Part shown: positions 1-17,355 of the stretch, in pieces | Numbering within the stretch: the first letter of the stretch is position 1 | Layout: each line of letters opens with the position of its first letter | Assembly: GCA_951406725.2 (NCBI GenBank) | Contig: OX597831.1 | Span: forward strand, 41,726,001 to 41,790,000 | Direction of reading: 5' to 3' | DNA from: Octopus vulgaris | Lineage: Eukaryota | DNA length: 64,000 nucleotides | Notes under the pieces: generated by a model | Told to the model about the DNA's origin: nothing | Seen by the model: only the letters and a program-made list of their open reading frames with translations | The model's database searches: none | Position numbers and translations under genes: made by a program

Positions 1-3874
<3,874 letters not shown>

Positions 3875-5249
3875 CGGGAACATCACTCAAAATTTTGTAA
3901 TTCATAATGTTTAACATAAAATGAAATAAACAGTATTAAATAAGTAAAAAATAATGGTGTATATTATTCATTCATTTAATTATTCATATATTACTTTGTG
4001 TCTTAGATGGCTATAAATCGTTTCTTGTTGAATTGTCAGTTTTTTATTTCTTTTTTTTTTGTTATTCCCGTGAATGTCAGTTAGTTGAATGCTTGAGTCA
4101 TCGAGTAGATTGCCGATTGCATCTCCAATAGCTGAGCCTCCATCATGTCAGTAACTCTGCTCGCACCTATGGCAGAGATGATAACATCGTTAAATGAATT
4201 TTAACTCCATGTGGACGGGAGAATAATTATTTCTCAAGCAAATATTGATTCTTCAACCTTATCTAATCCTCCATAACACTGGGCTACTTGATTGAACCCG
4301 AGAATCAGATACTAACTTTTCTTGTTCAATCTCGAAAATCCAAAGGTAAAGTGAACTTTGTTCGGATTTAAAATTATAATGGAAATTACTTTAAACAAGA
4401 ATTGTTGTTCTTATTTAACCCCAGAATAACCTTGAGGTAGCAGACCTCTAATCAAAAACATTGCACAGCAACTACTCTTTACGGGTCATATATATATATA
4501 TATATATATATATATGGTATCCAATATATTCTTCGGAATAGTTTCAATTCCATATTGGACTGTCATTCAACGGACGATCCTCCTTTTTCCACTCACACAG
4601 TCATTGTACACAAAGACAAATTATTTGCATTTGCCCACACTAATAAATATAATTACTTAAACACTTATACATATATACTAGAATACAGCCTAACATCGAA
4701 ATAAAAATCAATTAACGCGCGAATAACTTAGTGATCGAAATAACTAGTTAGAATGTAAAACATTTTAATTACAATAATTGTTTTACTTAAGCATTTTGTA
4801 GGTAGGAGGGGATTTGAAGACAGTAACTACGTGAACACTCAAATCGAGTCCCCAATAACTCCTAAAATCTCAATACGGGACTGAAGCCAGTTCAATCGAT
4901 TCCTATTATTCTATCTCCGATGATAACGTGTATAAGCACAAAGTATTTGTACATCCATTCGTACATATATAAAGTTGGCTAAGCATAAATAATTATATAC
5001 TGTAGTAATACTATATATCACAAATTTTGTATTACAGTTTAGATATTTGATTTTTGATTTTGTCTGGCTCCCACTCTGTGACCTCACTGGCTGGATTGTA
5101 CTTGGCAGGAGGCTTGCTGTCACCAGCATAGCTCTCCGAGTCACAGAAGCCCGCACATCGCCACACCACAGCAGTGTGCTTAGCCAGATGTATAAATACA
5201 AACATGTAAAATTTTTAAATATTCAATAAATAGTTACACACACACAGAG

Positions 5250-6400
5250 CCACAATGATTCATAAAAATGAAGTAGATCTTCCCAAGGTGCTGAATAACT
5301 TTGATATCAATAATACCGCATATATAGGTGAAGAACTTCAGTTCGCGAAGAAATCTATCAAAGAAGATAAATCTTCGTGCCCAGATGCTTCCGAATTTCT
5401 GAAAAGATGCAAATTCAATGAAATCTTGTTATACTTTGCAATCAAACTGTTGGGAGAGAACTTGAAGCCAAAGCCATTCTCAAAGTTCGACCTGCTCCCT
5501 ATTGCCAAATTGGGAGACTTCAGCAATACTAAGAACTATAGAGACATTGCGTTATCTTCAATAGCATCCAACACATCAAAATCCTGAAAGCGAATGATAT
5601 GCCCCGAAATCTTCTCAATCCAATAGCAAAGGTTTACGAAGATACAAATGCAACAATTATAACACCTGATGGAGAGACAGATTTACTGGGAATTAACAGC
5701 AAAAATGCCACACTTACACTACACTATACACTTATACTATATCTGTTTGTTCTGGTACTATACTATGTGACGGGCAAGATCTTAGAAGGAAAAGAGGAGA
5801 AACTGGGGTTTAAATTAGAAAAAAGGAGAAATAGGCGAGTTATAGCAAAGATAATTACAGATGTTGCAGGCGATATTGCTCGTATCTCTGAAGAAATACA
5901 TCGGGCACAGAAAGTGCTCCACAGACTAAAACTTGAAGTTACAAAGGCTGTCTTGTACTGTGACTCAGATAAGACTGAGACTGAATGATCACAAGCAGCC
6001 AAATCATCTCTTTGCAAGACACGGTAAAGAACTTAAAGAAGTTATTGGCTTCAATACATTGGTGCTTGAATGGAAAGTAGGGAAAACGACTTTGCTGTTC
6101 GGGAAGCACTTTCTTGGAGAGCTTGTCGCAAACTGCGTAAAACCGGGAGTTCTAAGATGGCAATAAACTTAAAATTCGGTCGTTTGTGTCCACGGTGGAG
6201 TCAGTTTTGTTATACGGTGTTGAAACTTGGACCGTCACCAAAAAAGCCTGAAAGCTAAAAAGATAATTTTTATACAAGGATGTTAAGAATGGTCCTGAAA
6301 ATTACATATTCATTTAACCAACAAATATCTTTTCTCAAAATCTATCCAAAGTGACAGAAGATTCAGCAGAAAATAATGAGAGTTGGTGGTCATTGAGTAA
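5250..6400 (+). mobile_element. Degenerate RTE-like LINE, reverse transcriptase region
   Basis: Translated fragments KNYRDIALSSIA, TPDGETD, AGDIA (ADD-like catalytic region) with frameshifts. Confidence 0.8.
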
Positions 6401-6401
6401 G

Positions 6402-6592
6402 TGTTATAATCCTTAAAATGTTGGATTGATATAACGCCCACTTCGGCATACAGTATACTTAGTAAAACCAGTAAAGACACGACTATCTTTGACCGCCTCC
6501 TATGTACTCTGGTACTTCACATACTCCTTTTTACTTATAGAGACTAGGTTATTCTATTCGCCCCGTGGGAGTGGTGTACCATTATTACTACA
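6402..6592. mobile_element. Solo LTR of the same family as the gypsy LTR at 37988-38160
   Basis: TG...CA ends; clear similarity to 37988-38160; no TSD seen. Confidence 0.65.
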
Positions 6593-7439
6593 TCCCTACA
6601 AGATCCCTTTTAAGTTTTTCTGAGGAAGTGTCATTTTATTCACCCCCACCTCCCGCTTTTTAGTCCGTTTTTCGTACAATGTAATGCTTTTTGCGCTTGG
6701 CATCTATTTTCAGGAAATCTGCATGTTTTATTTTCCTCTCACTTGTACACCTGGGTCCAATCACATGCAGTGGCGTTGGTACTTGGAACGTATCTTACAA
6801 GCATTCCATCAGTTCCTTCAACTTCTTTGGTTCGCTTTCCCCGAATGTCAGAAAGACAAAGTAGTTACATCTACCCAAACAGGCATATAATATTGGTTAA
6901 ACACTTATACATACTGCAATACAATATAACATCGAAATAAAAGTCTGTTAACACACGAATAACTTAGTAATCGAATTAATTATCTAGAATGTTACAAATT
7001 TAAATCGCCCTAATTATTTTACCTTTGGTAGGTAGGAGGGGATTTACAAACAGTGTCAACGTGAATACTCAAATCGAGTCCTCAATCACTAGTGAAATCC
7101 CAATATAGGACTGAAACCAATTCAATCGAATCCTATTCTATACACAACGATAATGTGTGTAAACACAAAATATTTGTGCAGCTGTTAGCACTAGCGTAGC
7201 TGGGGGGTGACAACTTCGCATCACAAAAATCTGTTAATTGACCTGCGTGAGCTTCCAAACCATGTCGCTAGATACGTTGTATCGCCAATTGTTACACTGT
7301 AACCGTGCAGTAACAATAAAATATATAACGAAACACGGTAAAAACAACGTAACAATCCAACAAACTCTCCACGAATTATACACGAACCAACAAAATGATA
7401 TTCCGACAAACTACCAAAACGACACCATACGACTTCCTG

Positions 7440-7692
7440 CGATTAATGCCTACTGTCTATTTCTTTACTACCCACAAGGGGCTAAACACAGTGAGGACAA
7501 AGAAGGACAGACAAACGGATTAAGTCGATTATATCGACCCCAGTGCGTAACTGGTCCTTATTTAATCGACCCCGAAATAATGAAATGCAAAGTCGACCTC
7601 GGCGGAATTTGAACTCAGAACGTAACGGCTGACAAAATACCGCTCAGCATTTCGCCCGGCGTGCTAACGTTTCTGCCAGCTCGCCGCCTTTC
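7440..7692. mobile_element. Representative of the abundant octopus-type SINE family (also ~15770-15965, 17540-17930, 29750-30040, 35640-35860, 43770-44060, 62400-62760)
   Basis: Recurrent ATCGACCCCGAAAGGATGAAAGGCAAAGTCGACCTCGGCGGAATTTGAACTCAGAAC core. Confidence 0.8.
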
Positions 7693-7829
7693 AAAGCCTA
7701 CTGTCGTCTATCTCACACAGACCGCTGCTATTTATAGTCGTTCGGTGATTCTATTCTCGTAGGGGTTTTTGTACACTACTGCGGTCGCATATATATTGGC
7801 ACATTAAGTGACAACTTACGTGCTACTGA

Positions 7830-10050
7830 AACCTCAATGAAAAATAACGATAAGGACACCATAAAGTCCCTGCGTTAACCATTCCTGACCTTCGAGCTTG
7901 TTCTCAATCAAAGAAGAAGGATGGAGTTGTACCTTCAAATCCTGATGGAAGGGATACGGCGCATCGTAGCAACAATGAAAGGAATGAACTGTTTAAATAC
8001 CAGCAATTTTCTGTCATGGCAATTCATAATGCAAGAACGCACAGAAAGAATGAGAAAGGAATCGAACTAACTGAGAATTTCAAAAGGTTTAACTTGAGTG
8101 TATTGGGTATAGAAGATCACAAGATTGTGCACGCTGACGAATAATTTCGCTTGCAACACCTATTTGAACTTTATGTAAAACTGGTTTTCTTGTAGCCAAA
8201 TACCTGGGAAAATCGAGATGTTTATTGCATTTATTAATGGTAGCAAATCTCAAATGCATTTTATACATATAAACAAGAAATGGTGTAATTCAGTGCAGAA
8301 CACTGAGGTGCATAGCTGCTTCAGCAGTATGGGGAGTGATAATCGACTTTTTACGGCTAGGATCAAAGTAATCCTACGAACGAGTAAAACGCCTATCAGA
8401 AAGATTCATTACGACTGATCAATGTGTCGTAATGAAGAACTCCAGTAAGTTTATACTATCGCTGTCAAGAACCGATATGCTCATATCTAATGAGAAAGGA
8501 GATATGTCTGAGAAATTTAGTAAATATGAGCAAGCCAATGCAGATTCAACAAAAAAATCCAAGGGATAATGAGAAATGAGTATCAGCAGACTGTCGTGTA
8601 GAAGAGGCGAGGAAGAAAGTGTAGAGTACTTTTATTGTGATTACCAGAAAGTTCCTTGTGGAACAAATTGAGAAAAACTTCAAAATGCTAAAAACAATTT
8701 GGAGCGTGTATATGTGCAAGTCGAAGAGGAAATGTCGGACAGTATGGTGGCTGAGGTGGAAGAAGCTAGTAAAAGAAATAGGCACAAGGAATGTTGGAGA
8801 TTGATCAACTCAAGAACTGGTCGAAAAGCAACACAGGAAGGAATTATTGAAGGCAACTCAGGAGAAGAAAACTCCGGAAAGTGGAATGACCATTTCGGAA
8901 AGTTGCTTGAAAATGTGTCAGAAACAACTGATGATAACGATGCATACTTTCCCAAAAGCACTGAATAACTATAGCATTAATACTACCGAATTTACATATA
9001 AAGAATTTCAGTTGGCGAATAAATCTATCAAAGAAGATAAATCTTCGGGCCCAGATCCACCCGAAGTATTTTAAAGAAATCGTACTATACCTTGCAAGAG
9101 AACTGTTGAAAGAGAACTGGATGCCAAAGCAACTATCAGAATTTGACTTGCTTCTTATTCCCAAATCAGGAGATCTCAGCAATACCTAGAATAATAAAAA
9201 CATTGCATTATCTTCATTAATAGTGAAACTCATCAACAAAATGATACGTAAGAGACTACAGTCAAGCATCGATAAACATCATCACAAAATCAAAATGGAT
9301 TCCGACCTGGTAGATTCACTGCGACGCACACTCTGAGAAGGTTAATTGACGATATAAAAGCACACAAAAGGAAAGCCGTCATTCTATATGTTGATTTTAA
9401 GAAGGCTTTTGATTCTACCTACTGAAGCAAGATGCCCAAAATCCTAAAAGCGTCTGATACATCTCCAAATCTCAATGCTATAGCAAAGGTTTATGAAGAT
9501 ACAAAAGTAAGAATTATAATATCTGATAGAGAGTCAGGTTTATGTGAAATATCAGCGGGACTACTCCAAGGATATATATTTACACTATATCTTCTTGTCC
9601 TGGTTACTATACTAAGTGACGTGGAGGAACTAGGATTTAAGTTGGAAAAAAGGAGGAGACGACTTACACCAAAAAATACTTGAGATGTTTGCAGACGATA
9701 TCGCTCTTATCTCTGTAGAAATACACCGGGTACAGAAAGGGCTCCACATATTGAAATTTGAAGTTAGAAAGGCTAGCCTATATTGTAACTGAGATAAGAT
9801 TGAATACAAGACATTCGATCAAGCTCAGGAGCAACCAGGTCACCTCATTGCAAGATACAGAAAAGAACTTAACGAAGTTACTGACTTCAATAGCTTGGTA
9901 CTTAGATGGAAAGTAGTGAAAGGGACTTTGCCATACGGAAAGCACTTGCATGGACAACGTGTCACAAATAGTAAACTGAAAATTAGGTTGATTGTCTCCG
10001 CTGTATTGTTAGTTCTGTTATACAGTGCAAAAAATTGGACTTTCACCGGA
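7830..10050 (+). mobile_element. Degenerate RTE-like LINE (endonuclease to RT)
   Basis: GSDNRL (SDH motif region), QNGFRPGR, YVDFKKAFDS, FADDIAL, LLYSAKNWT; paralogous to 5250-6400. Confidence 0.85.
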
Positions 10051-10189
10051 TCCCTGACTTTCTCAAACCCAGATTCACCCCCTTGATCAACTGACTCAAA
10101 ATTAAGCAAATATTATGTTTTCATAAACAATTAACTGAAATCCATGTACCTGTACATTAGTAAAGTTTCTTAGTGCGCAAAGTATTATT

Positions 10190-10232
10190 TTGTGCAAAGT
10201 ACCAGTAAAGTTCTGATCATGGGTAATTTTAA

Positions 10233-10293
<61 letters not shown>

Positions 10294-11880
10294 GTGTACA
10301 TGCGTTGTGTACCTGGATTGCGGTTTATAGATAGTACATTTCTAATATCCACGTTAAATATATTTAACACCATATTTTTATACACGACATGCAAGCGGTT
10401 TATCTGATAACTGGAAGGCCAAACAGGTAGGATTTGATCATAAAAATTCCGGGATAGAGATATCTATACAATACATGGCGTAATAGAATTATTTGCCCTT
10501 TAAAACACTGGATTTTCCTTCGCAAGAAAATGTAGAATCATGTCTATGTATCTATTGATTCTTTCACCACAATTTTGTTAAGTGCGATGAGGTTACCATT
10601 TCAAAATACAAAAAGATAATGTAGGATACAATCCTGTTATCTTTATTCCTTTCGGTCTCCATACAAATGTACCGAACGAGAACAATAGATTGACGGAACT
10701 GTAAGAAGAACAGGCAATATATCTTCTGTTACCATCTCTGGTTCATTGCATAGTGACATGAATCAGAATGATGGTTCAGCCCAAATCGGCAGCTTTTTTC
10801 CTTGAAGGATCATCGTTGGCGTGAAAACAAGAGACTTGTACGTATAATTATGATCCAATCATATAAAAAATATCTTGCCAAGATCAGCTTACACATGTGC
10901 AGAGGGGCATTGTTAACTTCGTCTATAATCCCAAATACGCACTGTGTGAAAAACAAAGATGAATCGGTCACTGCAGAATTGCCTTTCGTTCATAGGGTTA
11001 CTCTATCCCAGCTTATATTATCCTAGACTCTCTCATCGATTAGAGGAGATAGGATACTGCAACAGACAACTGCACGAAGTCATTCGTCACGAGAATTATG
11101 AAGAATATTTGTAAGAGTTTACACAAGGTGCCCTGCTTTGCTGAACAATCCACACGATGAATGTTATTATAGTAGGTATTGTTTGTGCAGAACCAAACCA
11201 TTATCTCGTCCTTCACGCATGTATTGGACCGATGCAACGACAGCGACGAGTCCAGTACTTATCAAGATGCAGGATTTTTGTGGAGGGACATGTTTTTGAT
11301 GGGAAGCTAAAGAGCTGAAGGTCCTCATCTGCCCTCAGTATGTTGTGATGTTCTTGAGACAATTTCATGACGTGTTAAATATTCGATTACTGTGACCCTA
11401 GCAAGTTGTTTTCCGAGGATGTGTAGGCCTGGGAACAAGAGAGTTTAACAGATTGTTCTCCTCTTATTAAAACCCTGGGAACTCACTTCAGAGACAAACA
11501 CACGGATGAAGCTTAGAATCATGCCAATCTTGTCACCCAACGTGTGCATTTGACTGGTCATGGTCTTTAATCCTTTCCGATCAGAACTACTTATACACCA
11601 TTTGATATATTGCTCAAAAGTGCGTAGCAGAACAGAACGGTTCCTTGCTTAAGTGCCAATGACAGATCTCCTGAAATACATCCACGACGAACTAAATAGG
11701 TCATATGTTGGTGGAAACGCTCCACGAAGGTTAGATATCGAATGTAGATGACTCAGATTTTTGATTCGTATAGAAGAATGAGGAGAACAACTGCCATGTG
11801 CACTAGCAACTTCACGTCAGACCGGTTGACTTTGTCTCTGTTTTGAAAATCTCAAATCTTATTTGAAGACGCCCGTGAGC
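10190..11880 (-). mobile_element. Ancient RTE-LINE relic upstream of gene B; paralogous relics at ~25340-27130 (-), ~39200-40033 (+), ~41123-41870 (-), ~57330-58500 (+)
   Basis: Decayed translations resemble the RTE C-terminal LLYGSETW..Y.R...LE.FHQ block (e.g. VLHGSET*VIYIRQLILLEYFHQ) and the endonuclease NG.LL...C...N.F...HKT block. Confidence 0.6.
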
Positions 11881-11894
11881 AATTCTTACACAGA

Positions 11895-11971
<77 letters not shown>

Positions 11972-12099
11972 ATACAAACACACACACAAACGTAAAAACA
12001 AAAACGACTTATTCAATAATTCTTTAAAGTTGCATAACCAAATATTTATAGCTCGCAGCGTAATCACTAATATCAAAACAGATTTATATATAATTTTCT

Positions 12100-12261
12100 T
12101 CAACACTTATCTTTCAATTGATTATCGCAGCGTTTCCGTTTGGCTTCAATCAATTTCATTGGTTTCTATTTTAGATGAGAACAACACAGATGGCACTCAG
12201 TCATATAAAACACCTTAGTCCTTTTTTTAATACACCACGTCTCATACACAATTCAGTAAGT
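12100..12261 (+). promoter_or_regulatory. Putative promoter and non-coding exon 0 of gene B
   Basis: CTTATCT (GATA site) 12106-12112, CAGATG 12187-12192, TATAAAA 12204-12210, donor attca|GTAAGT at 12256; collinear with the blocks upstream of C-F. Confidence 0.7.
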
Positions 12262-12544
12262 ATTGTTTCTTAATGCATTCGTATGTATTTTCTTATTTCT
12301 TCTCCAGACTTTAATTAGGACTTCATATTCAAATTCTGTAACAATAGTCTGTCTATATCCCTATCTGTCTGTCTACCAACTTAGCAGGGCGGAAGATCTA
12401 AGTATGCAATGCATGCATTGCATGCCTTACTATTTTTCGTCGATAAATAAATTTTGTGAAATATATAATTGATTATTGATAATTTTCACTAGATTCATTG
12501 TGGCCATATTTACATTTATTTCTCATTCTCTTTCTCTCTTTACT

Positions 12545-12747
12545 CTTTTACTCTTTTACTTGTTTCAGTCATTTGACTGCGGCCATGCTGGAGCACCACC
12601 TTTAGTCGAGCAAATCGACCCCAGGACTTATTCCATCGGTCTCTTTTGCCGAACCGCTAAGTGACGGGGACATAAACACACCAGCATCGGTTGTCAAGCA
12701 ATGCTAGGGGGACAAACACAGACACACAAACACACACACACACATAA

Positions 12748-12798
<51 letters not shown>

Positions 12799-12962
12799 TA
12801 CGACAGGCTTCTTTCAGTTTCCGTCTACCAAATCCACTCACAAGGCATTGGTCGGCCCGGGGCTATAGCAGAAGACACTTGCCCAAGATGCCACGCAGTG
12901 GGACTGAACCCGGAACCATGTGGTTGGTTAGCAAGCTACTTACCACACAGCCACTCCTGCGC
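12545..12962 (-). mobile_element. Second SINE family with internal microsatellite (also ~1880-2040, 14300-14705, 59420-59587, 61970-62150)
   Basis: Recurrent TTTCAGTCATTTGACTGCGGCCATGCTG and CACAAGGC..TGGTCGGCCC..ACCACACAGCCACTCCTGC blocks with a tRNA-like head on minus. Confidence 0.75.
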
Positions 12963-13299
12963 CTATTTCTTAGTATAAATTGTAAACAATCGCTATTATT
13001 TAATATGTTTAAGTAGTGAAAGCTCCTGTTTGCTTTGCGAGAAAAAAAGGAAAAGCTTTCCACCTCTTTTGAAGAGCGAGCGTCAACAAGAAACACAAAA
13101 CAAACGAGTGACTGGTCACCAGAGAAAAAGGCAAATTTTTGTGCTTGCTTTCTTTATTAACCATGAGGTTGAGAAAAAGAGGGGAGGATACGAGGACAGA
13201 CAAAACAAACATTGGGGTCAGGGTATCGAATGAGACGAAATGTATGAATAAACAAACAATTAAAATATATACAATTAAATGAGAATTAGTGATTTACAA

Positions 13300-13760
13300 A
13301 AAATGAAGAGGAGGACGCGGTCGACCCCCCACAAAACCACATACTCACACTGAAGATTTTGCTTTCTCCTTTTTATATTCTCGTTTAAATAGGTTCTTTC
13401 ACTCGCAACATACTTGCTATAGACTTCTATCTTTTACGAAACACACTTTGCGACAGGCATTTCTTCTCCAGCCTTATTTTCCGTTTCATGTGGAAAACGA
13501 AAAAGTCGATTAGCTCGAGACTGGAGATAAACATGCCTGTTGCAATTCCTTTCACTCTCGTCTTCCATACTACTTCTTTCGCCACAGCAGCTATCGAGAG
13601 AAAACAGGCTCGCTCCTCCCTATTCAGGGAGGTCGGCGGAACGATCTTAATTGCAGATTCGCTCGACAGTTGTACTCTTCTCGAATGCGACAGCAGGTGT
13701 TCGACATAAGCCCAGAGCCCAGTCACTTTGGGGGCATTGCACAATCACGTGCAGGCTTCA
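13300..13760 (-). mobile_element. Tx1/L1-like LINE 3' fragment
   Basis: ORF 13427-13744 (LWAYVEHLLS...AKEVVWKTR) resembles the region after the zf-RVT domain; homologous to 63400-64000. Confidence 0.65.
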
Positions 13761-16214
13761 TAGTCAGTAAGAGCAATGGTATCAGTCTCTTCGTATTCTC
13801 TTGTTCTCTTCGAGAATGGAGCGTCAAAAAGAAAGACAAAATAAACGGGTGAGTGGTGAAGAAAATGTAAGGCAAACGAAAGCAAATTATTCTACTGCTT
13901 GCTTTCAGTCATAGTAAGAGCAGTGGTCTTATTTTCTTTGCATTCTATTATTTTCGAGAAGGGAGCTTCAAAAAGAGGGACAAAACAGTGAGTGGTCGGT
14001 CAGCAAAGAGAAAGGCAGAGAAAGCAGATATTTTACTACTTGGCTTCCAGCCGTCTTAATCCAGCAACATGTTGTCAACTATTTTCTCTCTCGTGAAGTG
14101 CTGATGTTTTTACTGTCCTGTGCAGCAGAGATCATAAACTTGCCTATTCAGAGGACTTCCACGAGGCTTTCCTCATAGCCGGACAGATTGAGACAAGAAA
14201 TGCATAATTAGTCAATTTACAAGTTTGTTTTATTGCTTTCTGATGTATTTCGTACTAATATTCGATACCGAAGAGTACAGTTTTTATATTTTATATTCTA
14301 CTTGTTTTTCTCAATAGATTATGGCCATGCTGGGGCACCACCTTAAGTAATTTTTAGTCTAATGAATCTACCCCAGTACATTTTTAAAGCCTGGTGCTTA
14401 TTCCTTTGGTCTCTCGTGCCGAAAGGCTAAGTTACGTAGGAACACACAAACCCCGATTGTCAAGCATTAGTGGAGGACAAACACAGACACAAACACACAC
14501 ACATGCACACATAGACACACACACACACACACACACACATGCACATACACTCACACATATGTAAATACGACGGGGTTTTTTTCAGTTTGCCTTTACCAAA
14601 TCCACTTACAATGTTTTAGTCAGCCCAACGCTATAGTAGAAAACACTAGTAGAAGACTGGACCCGAAACCATGTGATTGGGAAGCAAACTTCTTACCACA
14701 CATTCACGTTTGCTTTCTAAAAAGATTTAGCCAATGGAGAGAGTATTTTTGATCACTTCTTAAGGCCTGAATTCAGTCATGTGACCCCAGAGTTTTCTTG
14801 ACTATTTAACACATAGAGCGAAAAGAAAAAAAACAACCAATTTGTGTGTGTGTGCGTGTGATTACAAAGCAAAGCTTTCATCCATTCGTTCATACCAATG
14901 CTTTAAAACTTAATTTTAAATATCTAAAGTCATCCGAGAAAGGTTACATAAAAAAGTAGACTAGCACCTAAATTATCTATTAGCATAAAGCTTAGATTCA
15001 TTCAAAAATGTTATAACACAGTAGTGTTTCTAATGCTTTAATTGCCCCCAGGATGGCAAAAGAGGGTATTATTTCAGTTTTCTCTCTCTACTTTGCCCAG
15101 TTTTGAAACAGATAAATAGAATATTATCATTCTCAGAAAAGGGAAAGCAAAGCTTAAACTGAAAATCAAAACCGAAGTAGGCAGCAAAGAATCTCACCGT
15201 TATTTGATTGAATGAAAGTATTATGAATAGTCTGAGTGAGTGAGGAGATGACCCATTCTGAACAGTTTTTTTCTGTTTCCCGTGTCTGTTAGTTTGTCAG
15301 TATAAGAACACCTTTTCTCGGCTTTGAAGTGATATTGAAACATCACTTGAAAGCTGGGAAAATGTGTTCTTTCAAGTGATATTCAAAACGAACTCATTTA
15401 ATTGTATAGCTGTTAGGAGTGAAGGTGTAATTAAGCCAATGATCAAAAGAAACAGCATTTGAGGCTGTTATGTTTGGTGAGACTACAGACCATCGAATGA
15501 AATCATAACTGTCACACGTTTTACGATTGGTTGATGAAAAGGTTAAGCTTCTAGAAAGGTTTGGGGGATAAGTCGATATCAGTAAAGACAGAAAAACTGC
15601 ATCACTGATAGAAGTTGTACATTGTTATACACATTCACTTAATTTGGTGCTCTCGCAATCAGCTTCGTTTTTAGAATTTTCTTTTCTAATTTTCTTTCTA
15701 TATAAAATGTTCTTTAAAAATGGGCATGATTCAATATGGTTACGATATTCCTTTCTAATACAACCATAAGGAATGAAGTTTGGGGTGGGGGATGAGTCTA
15801 GTCGTTTATATCGACACCACTGCTTGACTGGTACTTAATTTACCGACCCGGAACGGATGAAAGGCAAAATCAACCCTAGCGGAATTTGAACGCAGAGCGC
15901 AAGTGCGGACGAAATACTGCAAAGCGTGTCGTCCGACTTGCTAACAACTCTGCCAGCTCGCCTTCTCAATAAGGCTACGATATTAGAAATGGGAGTATTT
16001 CCGTTTCAAAGTTCTTGAGCAGTAGTTACGGGCGAAAAGCTTTTTTTTTTTTATTAGATAATAATTTTTATTAGAAAAAGGGGATCCAGATCTTTTCTAT
16101 AAACTCATGAAAAAAAGTGGGTTGGGGGAGTTGGATTGCATGCCCTAGTTTCCAAGTCACCCTTCGCCACTGCTATCTAGCTTTCTAACTGTAGTTTATT
16201 TTCGTTTTCCAGAC

Positions 16215-17266
16215 ATGAAGCTCGTCCTTTTGCTTTTTGCGTTATTTCCCGTCGTCTTCGCTGCCAGCTTGTATGATGTAGAGATCGAAAAAAGATTTTC
16301 AAGTAAGAAATACAAAATCTTCTGGAAATACTCTGTATATCATAATGAGAGATATAATAACATGATATTGTTGTTATTTATGTTTAACGCTAGGTCAAGA
16401 GCGGTCGAATACATTTGCCTCTCAGCAAAGGTTTTTCCACTGTGTCAAATCATTAGTCTTCCCAAATTTCCTAATCCTTCGTGTTTTTAATAATACTATT
16501 TGACGTGGCGACCTTGCAGAATCGTTCGCACACCAAACAAAATGCACGGCAGCATTTCTTTGGGTTTTATGTTCTCGAAATCGACTAAACCTTTCATCCT
16601 TTCAGGGTGGAAAAAACAAGTACAAGTTGAACAATACCGTCGATTTAATCAACTTTCCTTTACCTCAAAACATTGCTGGCCTTCTACCACAATGAGATAT
16701 AATTATTCTGCTTGTCACTGCGAAACTTGTAAGCCACCAATATTTCGTATTATCGATTGCAAATTCGATGACTTTACTTACTACTTCACTGGTGACGCTG
16801 AAATAGGCACGAATATCATACAATCTCATAATTAAATACCATTACAATATCATACAATCTCATAAGATCTCCCACAGTAAATACCATTATGATTAACCCT
16901 GTCTTATAATCCCGCTCCTCCACATCACACAATAATGAAAGACAAAGCAAGTTTAGCATTTAGTCGTGTCTTAAGGTCTGCTGCCTTTCAGTAATTTAAA
17001 TGTTGCTGGTTTTCGCTCAATTTTAGCCTCTCGGTCAGTATTCTTGCCATAATTGTGCTAATTCATTGTGCTTATGCTAAAATTCAACATTGTAAGCATG
17101 ATTATTCAACATTTCTTCTAATTTATTATTGCAGTCAACGATCTAATTCAGCATCTCCAAAAGCAGGATCTGAGTGAAGGTTGTGAGAAAGTTTGTCACA
17201 AAGAAGTACCCCTTTTCCCGGATTTCTTTTGCAAAGCAGCTTGTCAATTGTAAGTTACTACACAAC

Positions 17267-17355
<89 letters not shown>

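Larger units (their letters stand above)
12385..16172 (+). mobile_element. Decayed hAT DNA transposon in intron 0 of gene B, with nested SINEs and a Tx1 fragment
   Basis: Imperfect termini CAGGGCGGAAG / CTTCGCCACTG; 15370-15660 translates to SSDIQNELI, GETTD..KS.LS.VLR, ERF.G.VDIS (hAT transposase motifs). Confidence 0.7.

Noticed and set aside
17135-17249. Twin CX3C motif suggesting mitochondrial small Tim chaperones
   Set aside because: Signal peptide, KR propeptide and rapid divergence do not fit small Tims.
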